59,750 bases of DNA from Alphaproteobacteria bacterium (GCA_004356985.1 SMXQ01000008.1:1-59750), one strand, 5' to 3'. Shown: positions 29,001 through 40,435, numbered from the stretch's first letter. The notes: generated by a model not told the origin, from the sequence alone. A program made the numbers and translations.

Positions 29001-30407
29001 TCATGTGCCGGTTTTCTCGCGCTGGACGCTGTCCCTGCCGAGACCGAGCGTCTTGAGCTTGCGATGAAGGGCGGAGCGTTCCATGCCGACGAACTCGGCC
29101 GTCCGCGACACATTGCCGCCGAAGCGGTTGATCTGGGCGGTGAGGTATTCCCGTTCGAACATTTCCCGGGCCGCCCTGAGGTCGAGCCCCATCATGCGGC
29201 TACCGCTGTCGCCGCGCAGGACGGCGGGCCCCGCCGCACCGATCTCATGGGGCAAAGCATCGGCGTGGATCATGCCGTCCTCGTCCCGGGGCGCCATGAT
29301 CAGGAGCCGTTCCACGACGTTGCGAAGCTGACGCACATTGCCCGGCCAATCGTGGGCCCTGAGCGCCGCCAGGACATCGTCGCCGATGACCCGTTCGGTG
29401 AGTCCCGAGGAACGGGCCGCGCGCTCCATGAAATGGTTCACCAGTTCGGCGATGTCTTCGCGCCGCTTATCGAGAGGCGGAATGGCAATGGGGACCACGG
29501 CCAACCGGTAATAGAGGTCTTCGCGGAAGCGGCCCAGGCCGATCTCTTCCTCGAGATCGCGGCTGGTTGCGGACATGACGCGGACGTCGACCTCGATGAG
29601 GCTGCTGCCCCCCACCCTTTCGAAGGTCTGCTCCTGCAGGACGCGAACGATCTTGCCCTGGGTCTCGAGCGGCATGTCGCCCACTTCATCGAGAAAAAGA
29701 GTCCCGTTATGGGCCGCTTCGAACAACCCGGTATGCCGCGGCCGGCCCGCGCCCTCGGTGCCGAACAGCTCTTCGGCCAGGCGGTCGGGATGCATCGAGG
29801 CGCAATTAATGGCGACGAAAGGCCCAAGGGCTCGGCCCGATTCGGCGTGAATCAGGCGGGCCGCGATCTCCTTCCCGACCCCGGCGGGACCGCAGATCAG
29901 CACCCGGCTGCTGGTCGGCGCAACCCGGCTGATCGCAGCGCGCACCTGGGATATGGCGGGAGAGCTTCCGACCATTTCGATTTCGCCGCCGGCGCGCTGC
30001 CTCAGGTCCAGATTTTCCCGCCGCAGCCGGGCGGTTTCTATGGCCTGTTCGGCAAGATGCAGCAGACGGTCGGTCTTGAATGGTTTTTCGATATAATCGT
30101 AGGCGCCGCGCTTGATGGCCGCCACCGCCGTCTCGATATTGCCGTGCCCGGAGATCATGATTGTGGGAATCCCCGGGTAGTCTTCGGTCAGGACATTGAG
30201 AATCCCCAGCCCGTCCAGTTCGCTGCCCTGGAGCCAGATATCCAGGATCACCAGGCTCGGCCGGCGCTGATCGATCTCCCGCAACGCCGCTTCCGAATCC
30301 CCGGCCTCGCGCGTCGAATAGCCCTCGTCCCTGAGCACGCCCGCGATCAACATGCGGATGTCCTCTTCGTCATCAACCACCAGAATATCGTGGGTCAATT
30401 CCGTCAT
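29001..30407 (-). CDS. ntrX: Response regulator NtrX
   Basis: Receiver (DIWLQGS), AAA+ domain lacking GAFTGA, Fis-type HTH; overlaps ntrY. Confidence 0.93.
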   Translation of the reverse strand: MTELTHDILVVDDEEDIRMLIAGVLRDEGYSTREAGDSEAALREIDQRRPSLVILDIWLQGSELDGLGILNVLTEDYPGIPTIMISGHGNIETAVAAIKRGAYDYIEKPFKTDRLLHLAEQAIETARLRRENLDLRQRAGGEIEMVGSSPAISQVRAAISRVAPTSSRVLICGPAGVGKEIAARLIHAESGRALGPFVAINCASMHPDRLAEELFGTEGAGRPRHTGLFEAAHNGTLFLDEVGDMPLETQGKIVRVLQEQTFERVGGSSLIEVDVRVMSATSRDLEEEIGLGRFREDLYYRLAVVPIAIPPLDKRREDIAELVNHFMERAARSSGLTERVIGDDVLAALRAHDWPGNVRQLRNVVERLLIMAPRDEDGMIHADALPHEIGAAGPAVLRGDSGSRMMGLDLRAAREMFEREYLTAQINRFGGNVSRTAEFVGMERSALHRKLKTLGLGRDSVQREKTGT

Positions 30408-32734
30408 TTTGCGCGTTCTTCAGGATTGTCGGTTTGCGATACCTTTGGCGCAACGCCGGGCACGCCATCGGCCTGGAATATGAGGCTCACCCGGGCGCCA
30501 CCTTGGTCGGCGTCTTCCAAAACAAGCGTTCCCCCATGATCCTCCATGATCTTCAGCACGATGGCAAGGCCAAGCCCGGTCCCCTGGGTACGGGTCGTGA
30601 CGTAAGGGTCGGTGATGTCCTGGTCATGGTCCTTGGGCAACCCCACGCCATCGTCGGTGACGGCGATCACGATGTGCTCTTTGTCGTGGCCCACCGCCAC
30701 GGTGATATGGCCGAAGCCGTCCTGGCCATCCCCCGATTTTCCGGCCCCCGATTTTCCGGCCTCCGATTTTCCGGCGACCGACTTGCCGGCCCCCGACTTG
30801 CCGGCGATGGCGTCGGCGGCGTTCTGTAAAAGATTGGTCAAGGCCTGGCCGACTTGGCGATCGTCGCAAACCAGTTCCACCTTAACCTCGGGGAGGTCGA
30901 GGTGGTAGGTAATCGACGGATTGGCGCTGCGCTGCAGGAACACCGCGCGGCGCACCATATCGGCGACGTCGTGCCGGTCGAGGGTCGGTGACGGCATCTC
31001 CGCAAAGGCGGAAAATTCGTCGATCATGTTACCGATGTCGGCGACTTGGCGAATGATGGTATCGATGCAGGTCGAGAAGGTCTGGGGATCAGACTTTACC
31101 TCTTCGAGATAACGGCGCTTCAACCGCTCCGCCGCCAACTGGATCGGAGTCAGCGGGTTCTTGACCTCGTGGGCCAACCGGCGCGCGACGTCGGACCATG
31201 CCGCCTTACGCTGGGCGGCGATGAGTTCGGTGATGTCGTCGAAGGTCACCACGAAGCCGCGGTCTTGGTCTTGGTCTTGGTCTCTCTCCCCCTCCACCGC
31301 AAGCCGGACCTGCAGCGTCCGCGGCCTGCCCTGACGGAAAACCTGGATCTCCGACTCGACCGTCTGGGCCGGGCCGCGGCGCGCGCGCTCCAGCAATTCC
31401 CCCAGTTCCGGCACGAAATCGGTGATCGGGCGCCCCAGGTCGAGGGCCAGGTCGGTGGACAAAAGTTCCGATGCGGTCTGATTGGGGAATTTTATGCGCC
31501 CAAGGTGATCGAGGCCGATCACGCCCGCCGAAACGCCCGAGAGGACCGCCTCGATGAAGCGCCGCCGGGTATCGATCTGGGCGTTGGCTTCGACAAGTTC
31601 CGCGCGCTGGCTTTCCAATTGGCTGGTCATGCGGTTGAAGGCGATGCTCAAGGAACCCAGTTCGTCGGTGCCCTCCTCCTCCACCCGCGCCGTCAAATCG
31701 CCGGCACGGACCCTTTCGGTGGCCGCCACCAGGCCGGCGATAGGCATCGCCAGCTTATTGGCGAAGTTGAGCCCTACCCAGACCGCGACGAACAGGAGCA
31801 ATAGGGCCACCACCACGAAAATCAACGCAAAAAGGGTCTCCAGGTCGGAACGCACCCGTTCGAGGGACTGATACGCGCTGACCGCCGACCGCGTCTTTTG
31901 GACGTGCTCCAGGACCTTGGCATCGACGAAGCGGCCGACCATCAAGAAGGCATCGACGAACCGTTCCAGCCGGATCAGCGCCCGGATTCGATCGTCATCG
32001 TCTGAGGAAAGATAGACGATGCCGCCTTGGCGCGCGCGTTCCATGGCTTCCAGGGGCGTTCGTTCGAAAGCGAGAGAGAAGCTCAGGCGCGAACGCCCGA
32101 AGACCCGTCCGGAGCCGTCGAACACGATCGCTTCGGAAAGCCCGCGCAGTTCGGTATGAACCTCCACGACGCGGGAAAATGCGCGGCGGTTGTTGATCAG
32201 CGCCGGCCCCTGCTGGTTGAGATCGCTGGCCATGCCGATGATGTCGCCGGTGATATTGCGGCGGTGTTCCTTGAGGTAGGAATCGGCGACCGCCTGGGAT
32301 TGGGTGAGCGCGGTGCGGACCGTGTCGCTGAACCAGTTCTGCACCCCGAAATTGAAAACCAGCGCCGAAAAAAGCGCGACGATGACGGCCGGGGTCAGGG
32401 CCACCAGGGAAAACAGCACCACGAGACGGATGTGCAGCCGCGACCCCGCCGACCCGCGACGCCGTTCCAGCCAGACCTGGACCATGCGCCGGACCACCAG
32501 GACTCCCAAAGCCAGCAACAAAATGAGATCGAGATAAAGCAGGCCGACCACGAGGTCCGTCGCCCTCGGCACGTCGCCCGATGGTTGGGTGAAGGCGACA
32601 TAAGTCGCCACGCCCGAGAGCGCCGAACAAACCGCCAGCCCCACGGCGAGCTTGCCCGCCAAGCCCACGCGGGTCGCCCAACGCACGAACTCGCCGATGG
32701 TCCAGGAAGCGGTCTTGGCTGTGTTCTCTGTCAT
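30404..32734 (-). CDS. ntrY: Sensor histidine kinase NtrY
   Basis: TM segments, [28 protein letters not shown] boxes. Confidence 0.93.
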   Translation of the reverse strand: MTENTAKTASWTIGEFVRWATRVGLAGKLAVGLAVCSALSGVATYVAFTQPSGDVPRATDLVVGLLYLDLILLLALGVLVVRRMVQVWLERRRGSAGSRLHIRLVVLFSLVALTPAVIVALFSALVFNFGVQNWFSDTVRTALTQSQAVADSYLKEHRRNITGDIIGMASDLNQQGPALINNRRAFSRVVEVHTELRGLSEAIVFDGSGRVFGRSRLSFSLAFERTPLEAMERARQGGIVYLSSDDDDRIRALIRLERFVDAFLMVGRFVDAKVLEHVQKTRSAVSAYQSLERVRSDLETLFALIFVVVALLLLFVAVWVGLNFANKLAMPIAGLVAATERVRAGDLTARVEEEGTDELGSLSIAFNRMTSQLESQRAELVEANAQIDTRRRFIEAVLSGVSAGVIGLDHLGRIKFPNQTASELLSTDLALDLGRPITDFVPELGELLERARRGPAQTVESEIQVFRQGRPRTLQVRLAVEGERDQDQDQDRGFVVTFDDITELIAAQRKAAWSDVARRLAHEVKNPLTPIQLAAERLKRRYLEEVKSDPQTFSTCIDTIIRQVADIGNMIDEFSAFAEMPSPTLDRHDVADMVRRAVFLQRSANPSITYHLDLPEVKVELVCDDRQVGQALTNLLQNAADAIAGKSGAGKSVAGKSEAGKSGAGKSGDGQDGFGHITVAVGHDKEHIVIAVTDDGVGLPKDHDQDITDPYVTTRTQGTGLGLAIVLKIMEDHGGTLVLEDADQGGARVSLIFQADGVPGVAPKVSQTDNPEERAK
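30731..30805. repeat. 15-bp x5 in-frame tandem repeat in ntrY
   Basis: ccccgattttccggc-like units encoding AGKS(G/V/E). Confidence 0.9.
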
Positions 32735-32801
32735 CCGAACATCAAGCCGCGGTGGGCGCGGCAGGCACCGGGGGCGGCCCCACGCCGGACGCTTGACATT
32801 G

Positions 32802-34247
32802 TCATTTTACGCCCCGAACGACCTGGATGTCCAACTCACGCAGTTTCTTGCGCAAGGTGTTGCGATTGAGGCCGAGCAATTCCGAGGCCTTGATCTGATT
32901 GCCCCTGGTCGCCCCCAGGCACACGGTCAGGAGCGGACGTTCCACCTCCCGGATGATCCTCTCGTACAGACCCGGTGGCGGCAAACCGTCCTTATGAGCG
33001 GAAAAATAGTCCCGCAAGTGGCGTTCCACGGCGGACCCCAGGTTTTCGCTGTCGCGCTCCTCGCCGGTTCCGGCCAGGGCCGGCACCTCGGAAAGCTCCG
33101 CCTCGATGACGTCGGCGCCGATCACCTCCTGGGAGTAAAGGGCGGCGAGCCGGCGCACCAGGTTTTCCAGTTCCCGAACGTTGCCCGGCCAGCGGTAGGC
33201 GCGCAGGCGTTCCATGGCCATCTCGTCCAACCGCTTGGCGGGCAAGCCTTCCTTTTCGGCCTGGGTCAGGAAGTGGCGCACCAGGGTGGGCACGTCTTCC
33301 GTCCGTTCGCGCAGCGGCGGCAGGCGGATGGGCACCACGTTGAGGCGGTAGAACAGGTCTTCGCGGAACAATCCCTGGGCCACCAAGCGACGAAGATTAT
33401 GATGGGTGGCGGCAACGATCCGGACATTGGTGCGGATCGGCGTGCGCCCGCCGACGGTGGTATACTCGCTTTCCTGGAGGACCCGGAGCAAACGGGTCTG
33501 GGCTTCCACCGGCATATCGCCGATCTCGTCGAGAAACAGGGTTCCTCCTTCGGCCTGCTCGAAGCGTCCCATGTGACGCTGGGTGGCGCCGGTGAAGGCG
33601 CCGCGCTCATGGCCGAACAGCTCGCTTTCGATCAAATCCCTCGGGATCGCCGCCATATTGATGGCGACGAAGGGGCCGGTGCGGCGCGGCCCGTAATCAT
33701 GCAGCGCCTTGGCCACCAATTCCTTTCCGGTCCCCGATTCGCCGCTGATGATCACCGTCAGGTCGGTCGAGATCAGCCGGGCCAACGTCCGGTAAATCTC
33801 CTGCATGGCCGGGGAACTGCCGATCAACGGCAATTGTTCTTCATCGGCGTCCTTGTCGTCGCGCCGTTCGACCCGGGCGGCCGGCTGGGAAAGCGCCTTC
33901 TTCACCGCCCCGACCAACTCGACCAGGTCGAAGGGCTTGGGGAGGTATTCGAAAGCGCCCCGCTGGGCCGCCTTGACCGCCGTCAACAAGGTGTTTTGCG
34001 CGCTCATCACAATGACCCGGAGGTTGGGCCGGAGCTTGCGAATCCGCGGCAGCAGATCGAGCCCGTTCTCATCGGGCAAGATCACGTCGGTGATCACCAC
34101 ATCGCCTTCGCCGTCCTCGATCCATTTCCACAGCGTCGCGGCATTGGACGTCGCCCGCACCGCAAACCCGTTCCGTGTCAAGGCCTGGGTTACCACCATA
34201 CGGATGGCCTTATCATCGTCGGCCAAAAGAACCGTGCTCTCCGCCAT
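32802..34247 (-). CDS. ntrC: Nitrogen regulation protein NtrC
   Basis: Receiver, [26 protein letters not shown] ([14 protein letters not shown]). Confidence 0.96.
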   Translation of the reverse strand: MAESTVLLADDDKAIRMVVTQALTRNGFAVRATSNAATLWKWIEDGEGDVVITDVILPDENGLDLLPRIRKLRPNLRVIVMSAQNTLLTAVKAAQRGAFEYLPKPFDLVELVGAVKKALSQPAARVERRDDKDADEEQLPLIGSSPAMQEIYRTLARLISTDLTVIISGESGTGKELVAKALHDYGPRRTGPFVAINMAAIPRDLIESELFGHERGAFTGATQRHMGRFEQAEGGTLFLDEIGDMPVEAQTRLLRVLQESEYTTVGGRTPIRTNVRIVAATHHNLRRLVAQGLFREDLFYRLNVVPIRLPPLRERTEDVPTLVRHFLTQAEKEGLPAKRLDEMAMERLRAYRWPGNVRELENLVRRLAALYSQEVIGADVIEAELSEVPALAGTGEERDSENLGSAVERHLRDYFSAHKDGLPPPGLYERIIREVERPLLTVCLGATRGNQIKASELLGLNRNTLRKKLRELDIQVVRGVK

Positions 34248-35368
34248 TAGGCGACCTCCGTTTCCCGGTAAGCCGGGAGATAGACCCGGAACACGGTGCA
34301 TCCCGGTTCGCTGGTGAATTCGATCATGCCGCCATGATCGCCAATGATCTTCGCCACCAAGGCAAGCCCCAAACCGGTTCCACTCGCCTTGGTGGTGACG
34401 AAAGGATCGAACAGATGGGCCTGGATATCTTCGGCGATACCCTCGCCGTTATCGATCACCGCGATCACCAAGGGCAACTGGGTCCGCGTGTCGGATCCGG
34501 GACGGGCGACACGGAGGCCGTGCTGGTAACCGGTGGTGATGGTAATTTCCCCGCCCCGGTCGGCCACCGCCTCGGCCGCGTTCTTGACCAGATTGAGAAA
34601 CACCTGGATCAACTGGTCGCGGTCGCCCGCCACCGGCGGCAGCGAAGGGTCATAGCGTTCCTGAATCCGCACGGAGCGGGCGAAGCCGTTCTCGGCCAGC
34701 TTGCGCACATGTTCGAGCACCTGGTGGATGTTGACCTCCCCCTGGTTGATCAAGGGCTGTTCGGAAAATGCGTCCATGGAGTCCAGCAAGGCGCAGATGC
34801 GATCGGTCTCATCGCAAATCAGGTGGGTGAGCTTGCGGTCTTCGTCGTCGGCACCCTGTTCGAGCAACTGCGCCGCGCCGCGGATGCCGGACAGCGGATT
34901 CTTCACTTCATGGGCCAACACCGCGGCCATGCCGGTGAGGGAACGGACGGCGCTGCGGCTGTTCAGCTCGCCGGTCATCTTGGAGGTGATGGTGCGGTCG
35001 TGAAGCGAAACCACCACCGAACCGGGTTCGTCGTTGATGGGCGCCACCGCGATGGTCACCAGGCGGGCCCCGGTGCGCTGCGTTTGCAGGGTCACCCCAT
35101 ATTCCGAAAGGCTGCTTCCGGACTTTCTCACTTGGCCGATCATCGCGAACAGCGGCCCATCGGTGGGCACCAGATCGGCAAGATTGCGTGCCACCAGCCA
35201 CGACTGGCTGGCGTCGAAAAATAGTTCGGTGGCCTGATTGACGTATTCAACGGTACCATCGCTGCCCACCACGAGCACCGGATCTGACAGTGAATTCAGC
35301 ACCGCTTCGAAGCGCGCCTCGGGGCCATCGCCGGGCGGCTGCCGCGCTGCCGCGCCGGGGCCCCTCAT
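34247..35368 (-). CDS. ntrB: Nitrogen regulation sensor kinase NtrB
   Basis: [43 protein letters not shown]. Confidence 0.93.
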   Translation of the reverse strand: MRGPGAAARQPPGDGPEARFEAVLNSLSDPVLVVGSDGTVEYVNQATELFFDASQSWLVARNLADLVPTDGPLFAMIGQVRKSGSSLSEYGVTLQTQRTGARLVTIAVAPINDEPGSVVVSLHDRTITSKMTGELNSRSAVRSLTGMAAVLAHEVKNPLSGIRGAAQLLEQGADDEDRKLTHLICDETDRICALLDSMDAFSEQPLINQGEVNIHQVLEHVRKLAENGFARSVRIQERYDPSLPPVAGDRDQLIQVFLNLVKNAAEAVADRGGEITITTGYQHGLRVARPGSDTRTQLPLVIAVIDNGEGIAEDIQAHLFDPFVTTKASGTGLGLALVAKIIGDHGGMIEFTSEPGCTVFRVYLPAYRETEVA

Positions 35369-36387
35369 GCCGCGGCCTCCTCCACCTGTCCCCCGGCGCT
35401 GGGTCCGCATACTTGATCGGCGGCGTGATCGAAGAACGCCGCCAGCGCCACCCGGACCGCCGCCGGGTGCTCCAGGCGAAACAACGTCGCGCGGAACCTG
35501 GCGCCGCCCGGCAAGCCCTGCACGTACCACCCAAGGTGCTTGCGGGCGTGGCGAATGCCGCGGATCACGCCATGATAGGAAAGAATGTCTTCGAAATGAC
35601 GGAGCGCAAGGCGCCCGCGCGCGGCAATGCCGGGGTCGGGCAAGCGGATCCCGTCTTTCAGGAAGCGCGCGACCTGGGCCGGGAACCACGGCCGGCCGCA
35701 AGCGCCGCGGCCGATCATGACGCCGTCGGCGCCGGACCGCGAAAGCGCCTTGGCGGCATCGTCCAAATCGGTGATGTCGCCATTGACGATGACCGGAAGG
35801 GACACCGCCGCCTTGACCCGGGCCACGGCGCGCCAATCGGCCTGCCCGGCATAGAACTGGCACCGCGTGCGGCCATGGACGGTGATCATGCGCACCCCCG
35901 AATCCTCGGCGATGCGCGCGATGCGCGGCGCGTTCAGGCTGGAATCGTCCCAACCCAGGCGGATTTTCAGGGTCACCGGCAAATCAACCGCCCTGACGGC
36001 GGTTTGCAAGATGCGGCCGACCAGAATCTCGTCGCGCATCAACGCGGAACCGGCCTGCTTATTGACGATTTTCTTCACCGGACACCCCATGTTGATGTCG
36101 ATGATCGCCGCCCCCCTGTCGGCATTGAGGCGCGCCGCCTCGGCGACGATTTCCGGTTCGCAGCCGGCGAGTTGCACCGCCATGGGGAATTCCTCGGCCT
36201 CGGTCCGGCCGAGCTTGATCGACTGGGCGGTCTTGCGGACCATGGCCTGGCTGGCGATCATCTCGGAGACCACCAACCCCGCCCCCAGGCGCTTGACCAT
36301 GCGCCGGAACGGCAGGTCGGTCACGCCGGACATGGGTGCCAGCAGCACGGGATCTGTCACGGCCACCGGGCCGATTTGTATGGTCAT
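35365..36387 (-). CDS. dusB: tRNA dihydrouridine synthase (NifR3)
   Basis: [31 protein letters not shown]. Confidence 0.95.
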   Translation of the reverse strand: MTIQIGPVAVTDPVLLAPMSGVTDLPFRRMVKRLGAGLVVSEMIASQAMVRKTAQSIKLGRTEAEEFPMAVQLAGCEPEIVAEAARLNADRGAAIIDINMGCPVKKIVNKQAGSALMRDEILVGRILQTAVRAVDLPVTLKIRLGWDDSSLNAPRIARIAEDSGVRMITVHGRTRCQFYAGQADWRAVARVKAAVSLPVIVNGDITDLDDAAKALSRSGADGVMIGRGACGRPWFPAQVARFLKDGIRLPDPGIAARGRLALRHFEDILSYHGVIRGIRHARKHLGWYVQGLPGGARFRATLFRLEHPAAVRVALAAFFDHAADQVCGPSAGGQVEEAAA

Positions 36388-36425
36388 AATTTGTGCAATT
36401 TCCAAATCTGGCTACTAGATGGGCA
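36381..36425. promoter_or_regulatory. Two degenerate NtrC-type boxes at the dusB-ntrBC start
   Basis: 17-bp TGGTCATAATTTGTGCA (36381-36397) and TGGCTACTAGATGGGCA (36409-36425) resemble TGCAC-N7-GTGCA; position fits autoregulation. Confidence 0.4.
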
Positions 36426-36490
36426 CACTATCCCCGGCCCGGCCCAAAAACAAGGCATTGGCGGGAATTGAGGGCCGCCCGCCCGCCGGG

Positions 36491-37303
36491 TTAAGGCAAG
36501 ATCACATCGGTCACCAGCTTGACCCCGGGGTAACCGAGGGTCAGCAGCAGATAGGCAAGCAACAAATAGCGCGCCGCCCGGCGCCCGGCCATGCCGCTCG
36601 CCCGGTGGACGATCAGCAGTCCGGCGATCACCGTGAAGGAGAGGATCGAAAGCAGGGTCTTGTGGTTGAAAACGAGGATGACCCCGCGGTCGAGAAACTC
36701 GATCACCATGCCCGACAGAAGCCCCAGGCCCAGCACCAATGTGGACGCGGCGAGAAGACGGAGCTGCAGCGTCTCGCCCTCGGACACCGAGGGCAGGATC
36801 GCCGTCAGGCGCGTCGGCCGCCGCGCTTTCAAGGCCCGCTCCTGGAGGAAAACGCCCAAAGCGGCCGTCGCCGCCAAGGTCATCAGCGCATAGGTCGTCA
36901 CCGAAATCCCGATATGCAGGTTGAGCCAGGGCCCGGCGAGGCTCGCCGGCGCCGGGCGCGCCGGTGCCTGGGCCCAGAAGGTGGCGATGGAGCCGAGAAC
37001 CACGATATAGGGGCCGAACACCACGAGCAGCCGGGCGAACGCGCCGCTTGCCGCGGAAATCGACACGAACAAGACCAGGGAGAGGGAAATGGTGATCCAT
37101 AGGCTGGCCGCGATGCCGGTCTGCCAAGCCGACGCGAAGAGCACCCAGGTCCAGGCCATGGCGCCCGCCGCCGCCGCCGCCAATACCCCCCAGAAAACAA
37201 CGTCGCGGACATCGGGTTCGGGACCGGGCCCCCGGCGGTAGAGCAGCAGCGCCGAGGGCACCAGCGCGGCGAGGGCCGCCAAATTGAAGACGAACGGGTT
37301 CAT
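36491..37303 (-). CDS. Cytochrome c assembly (CcsA/YpjD-like) membrane protein
   Basis: Multi-TM; W..LHI, LQER.LK, LPS, NHKT, GxxGRR, LAY. Confidence 0.8.
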   Translation of the reverse strand: MNPFVFNLAALAALVPSALLLYRRGPGPEPDVRDVVFWGVLAAAAAGAMAWTWVLFASAWQTGIAASLWITISLSLVLFVSISAASGAFARLLVVFGPYIVVLGSIATFWAQAPARPAPASLAGPWLNLHIGISVTTYALMTLAATAALGVFLQERALKARRPTRLTAILPSVSEGETLQLRLLAASTLVLGLGLLSGMVIEFLDRGVILVFNHKTLLSILSFTVIAGLLIVHRASGMAGRRAARYLLLAYLLLTLGYPGVKLVTDVILP

Positions 37304-37526
37304 GGCGGCCGGACTATATCACCGATCACCTTTGCGGGTGCCGTGGCTTATGCCTCGGCCTGGAAATTCAGGCCCCCAACCGCACGGAAACCGTGGACTT
37401 CCCCCGCCGGCCTTTGGGCGGGAAATAACACCGGGGCAAGTGACCCAATGCCCCGCGCAGAGCGTTTTATTTATTCCGCCAAACGTCTTACTATGATAGA
37501 TGCCCTCGTCTCATCGGAGTACCGCC

Positions 37527-38036
37527 ATGTCTTCACTGCACATCGCTAAAATGCCACCTATCCGGAAACTCGCCACCTTGGCCGCCATCGCCATCACCAG
37601 CCTTGGTCTCATCGCCTGCGCCGAGAACCAGGGTCCCAAGGAAAGGGGCGGCACCGTGATCGGCGCCATCGCCGGCGGGTTGCTGGGCTCGACCATCGGC
37701 AAGGGATCGGGCAAGGTCATCGCCGTCGGCATCGGCGCCGTGCTCGGCGGGTTGGTCGGTTCCGAGATCGGCAAGTCGCTCGACCGGGCCGACCAGGCCT
37801 ATATGAGCCGCACCACTCAGCAGTCCCTGGAATCCCAGCGAACGGGACAGGCCTCGACTTGGCGGAACCCCGACAACCGGCATTCCGGCACCGTGACCCC
37901 GACCCGCACCTATCGACGAGAGAGCGGCGAGCACTGCCGGGAATTCCAACAGACCGTGACCATCGACGGACGGACCGAACGGGCCCATGGCACGGCCTGC
38001 CGCCAGTCCGACGGAAGCTGGAAAATCATGAATTAG
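37527..38036 (+). CDS. 17-kDa surface antigen-like glycine-zipper lipoprotein
   Basis: Lipobox LIAC; glycine zipper; W.NPD, CREFQQTV and ACRQ.DG.W. Confidence 0.88.
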   Translation: MSSLHIAKMPPIRKLATLAAIAITSLGLIACAENQGPKERGGTVIGAIAGGLLGSTIGKGSGKVIAVGIGAVLGGLVGSEIGKSLDRADQAYMSRTTQQSLESQRTGQASTWRNPDNRHSGTVTPTRTYRRESGEHCREFQQTVTIDGRTERAHGTACRQSDGSWKIMN

Positions 38037-38176
38037 CCGACCCGCGGTTCGCGGTTGGTTGGCCAGGCGCCCCTGGCGCCGGCCGAGAGTCCTGATCGGG
38101 CCCGGCCCAGGCGCCATCGCGCTTGGCAGGCGGGGGAAGCGCGGCTACCCTCGCTCTCCATGGATGGGGAATCAAC

Positions 38177-39400
38177 ATGGCCGGCTGCGTCGCCCTGATC
38201 GTCGCCGCGGGCCGCGGCGCGCGGCTCGGGGCGGAGGGTACTGAGGGCGCACCATCGCCCAAGCAATACACGCTTCTTTGCGGCCGGCCCATGCTGAGCC
38301 ATGCGGTGGCGGCGTTCCTAGACTCCGACGCCGTAGCCGCCGTGCGCGTGGTGATCCATGCGGACGACCGCGCGCGCTACGACGACGCGGTCGGCCATCT
38401 AAGCCTTTTGGAGCCGGTCCAGGGCGGCGCGAGCCGCCAGGATTCGGTGCGGGCGGGGCTTGAAAGCCTGGCCGGGGAGGGCTTCGATTCCGTGCTCATT
38501 CACGATGCCGCCCGGCCCTTGGTGGACGCCGCGCTGATCGCCCGGACGCTCGAAGCGCTGGCCGCCCACCCCGGCGCCGTCCCGGCCCTGGCCGTGACCG
38601 ACAGCCTCAAACGCGGCGCCGGCGGCATCATCCTCGAGGCGGTCGAGCGAACCGAATTATGGCGGGCGCAGACGCCCCAGGGGTTTTCCTTCACCACCAT
38701 CCTCGAGGCCCACCGCCAGGCGGCGGCCCTTGGCACCGGCGGCCATACCGACGACGCCGCCATCGCCGCCGCCGCCGGGATCGAGGTGGCCCTGGTGCCG
38801 GGCGCGGAAGACAACTTCAAGATCACCACCAGGGAAGATCTCGCCCGTGCCGAACGGCTGCTCGCGGGAGCCGGCGAAACCCGTACCGGACAGGGTTTCG
38901 ACGTCCATGCCTTCGGCGCCGAAGGCAGCGGCCCGGTGCGGCTGTGCGGCGTCGATGTCCCCCACGGCCGCGGCCTCGAGGGTCATTCCGATGCCGACGC
39001 GGGGCTTCACGCCGCCACCGACGCCGTGCTCGGCGCCCTGGCCGAAGGCGACATCGGCAGCCATTTCCCGGCCACTGACGAGGCCTGGAAAGACGCCGAT
39101 TCCGCCACCTTCCTCGGCCACGCCTTGGGCCTGCTCAAGGCCAGGGGCGGGACCCTCGTCCATCTCGACGTCACCATCATTTGCGAACACCCCAAGATCG
39201 CCCCCCACCGCGCGCCCATGCGCGCGGCCATGGCCGCCATCCTCGGCATCACTATCGATCGCATCAGCGTCAAGGCGACGACCACCGAAGGACTGGGCGC
39301 GCTGGGCCGCGGCGATGGCATAGCGGCCCAGGCCGTCGCCACCATATGCCTGCCCCCCATTCGCCCGGCCCCCATTCGCCCGGAAAAACCGGCCCCATGA
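38177..39400 (+). CDS. ispDF: Bifunctional IspD/IspF
   Basis: AAGRG.R, HDAARP, QTPQ, then G.GFDVH, GHSDAD, KATTTE. Confidence 0.95.
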   Translation: MAGCVALIVAAGRGARLGAEGTEGAPSPKQYTLLCGRPMLSHAVAAFLDSDAVAAVRVVIHADDRARYDDAVGHLSLLEPVQGGASRQDSVRAGLESLAGEGFDSVLIHDAARPLVDAALIARTLEALAAHPGAVPALAVTDSLKRGAGGIILEAVERTELWRAQTPQGFSFTTILEAHRQAAALGTGGHTDDAAIAAAAGIEVALVPGAEDNFKITTREDLARAERLLAGAGETRTGQGFDVHAFGAEGSGPVRLCGVDVPHGRGLEGHSDADAGLHAATDAVLGALAEGDIGSHFPATDEAWKDADSATFLGHALGLLKARGGTLVHLDVTIICEHPKIAPHRAPMRAAMAAILGITIDRISVKATTTEGLGALGRGDGIAAQAVATICLPPIRPAPIRPEKPAP

Positions 39401-39939
39401 GCGGCGCCCCAGATTCCCCCGGTGCCCCGGCCTCTCATTCCCCGGGCCTTCCCCCCGGCCTTTCGTTCTGGAGCCCCGCCGCCCTGATCGGCACCTGGTT
39501 CGGAACCGGGTTGCTGCCCAAGGCACCGGGGACTTGGGGATCGCTGGCGGCGCTGCCCATCGCCTGGATGCTGGGCGCGCGCTTCGGGCCCGCCGCCGTG
39601 ATCCTGGCCGCCGCCGTGCTTTTCGTCCTCGGCCTATGGGCGGTCAAGGCCTATCTCGCCCAAACGCCCGACCGGGACCCCGGCGCCATCGTCATCGATG
39701 AAGTGGCGGGCCAGATGCTGGCGGTGGCCCCCGCCGGGCTCGACCCGCTGGCCTTCGGGCTCGGATTCATCGCCTTCCGGTTCTTCGATATCCTCAAGCC
39801 CTGGCCCATCAAGGCCCTGGAGCGCGGCCTCGGCGGGGCGCTTGGCGTGATGGCCGACGACATCGCCGCCGCCCTTTATGCGGCCGCCGTTTTGGCCCTG
39901 TATTTCATCCTGACGGGACGGCCCCATGACCTTTTCTAG
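39397..39939 (+). CDS. pgpA: Phosphatidylglycerophosphatase A
   Basis: APGTWGS, DP..IVIDEV.G, FRFFDILKPWP, GVMADD. Confidence 0.95.
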   Translation: MSGAPDSPGAPASHSPGLPPGLSFWSPAALIGTWFGTGLLPKAPGTWGSLAALPIAWMLGARFGPAAVILAAAVLFVLGLWAVKAYLAQTPDRDPGAIVIDEVAGQMLAVAPAGLDPLAFGLGFIAFRFFDILKPWPIKALERGLGGALGVMADDIAAALYAAAVLALYFILTGRPHDLF

Positions 39940-40435
39940 ATCATCTCTGGAATTGGCCCACGCCGTCATCGAAGCCGCCCGGCACAAGCGCCTGACCCTG
40001 ACCACGGCGGAATCCTGCACCGGCGGGCTGATCGCCGCCTGCCTCACCGAGGTGGCGGGCGCCTCATTGGTCTTCATGCGCGGCTTCGTGACCTACGCCA
40101 ATGAGGCCAAGACCGATCTTCTGGGCGTGCCCGAGGACATGATCGCCGAGATGGGCGCCGTCAGTGAAGAGGTCGCCCGGGCCATGGCCCAGGGCGCCAT
40201 GGAGCGCGCAGGCGCCGATATCGCGGTGTCCGCCACCGGCATCGCCGGGCCCGGCGGCGGCACGCCTGGCAAACCCGTGGGCCTGGTGCACATGGCGGCG
40301 GCCAGGCGCGGCGGCGCGACGATCCATCAGGAAAGCCGCTTCGCGGGCGACCGCCGGGCGGTGCGGGACCAGGCGTTGGACGCCGCCCTTGCGCTTCTGC
40401 TGCGACAGGCCGAAACTGCGCCGGCCCGCGATTGA
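39926..40435 (+). CDS. cinA: CinA C-terminal / NMN deamidase family
   Basis: AESCTGG, G.VTY.N, GAVSEE, TGIAGP.GG..KPVG. Confidence 0.93.
   Translation: MTFSRSSLELAHAVIEAARHKRLTLTTAESCTGGLIAACLTEVAGASLVFMRGFVTYANEAKTDLLGVPEDMIAEMGAVSEEVARAMAQGAMERAGADIAVSATGIAGPGGGTPGKPVGLVHMAAARRGGATIHQESRFAGDRRAVRDQALDAALALLLRQAETAPARD

Noticed and set aside
29001-30407. Missing GAFTGA loop as a defect
   Set aside because: A degenerate GAFTGA region is typical of NtrX.
30731-30805. GAGKS repeats as tandem Walker A motifs
   Set aside because: The similarity follows from the 15-bp repeat unit; there is no preceding beta-strand or P-loop context.
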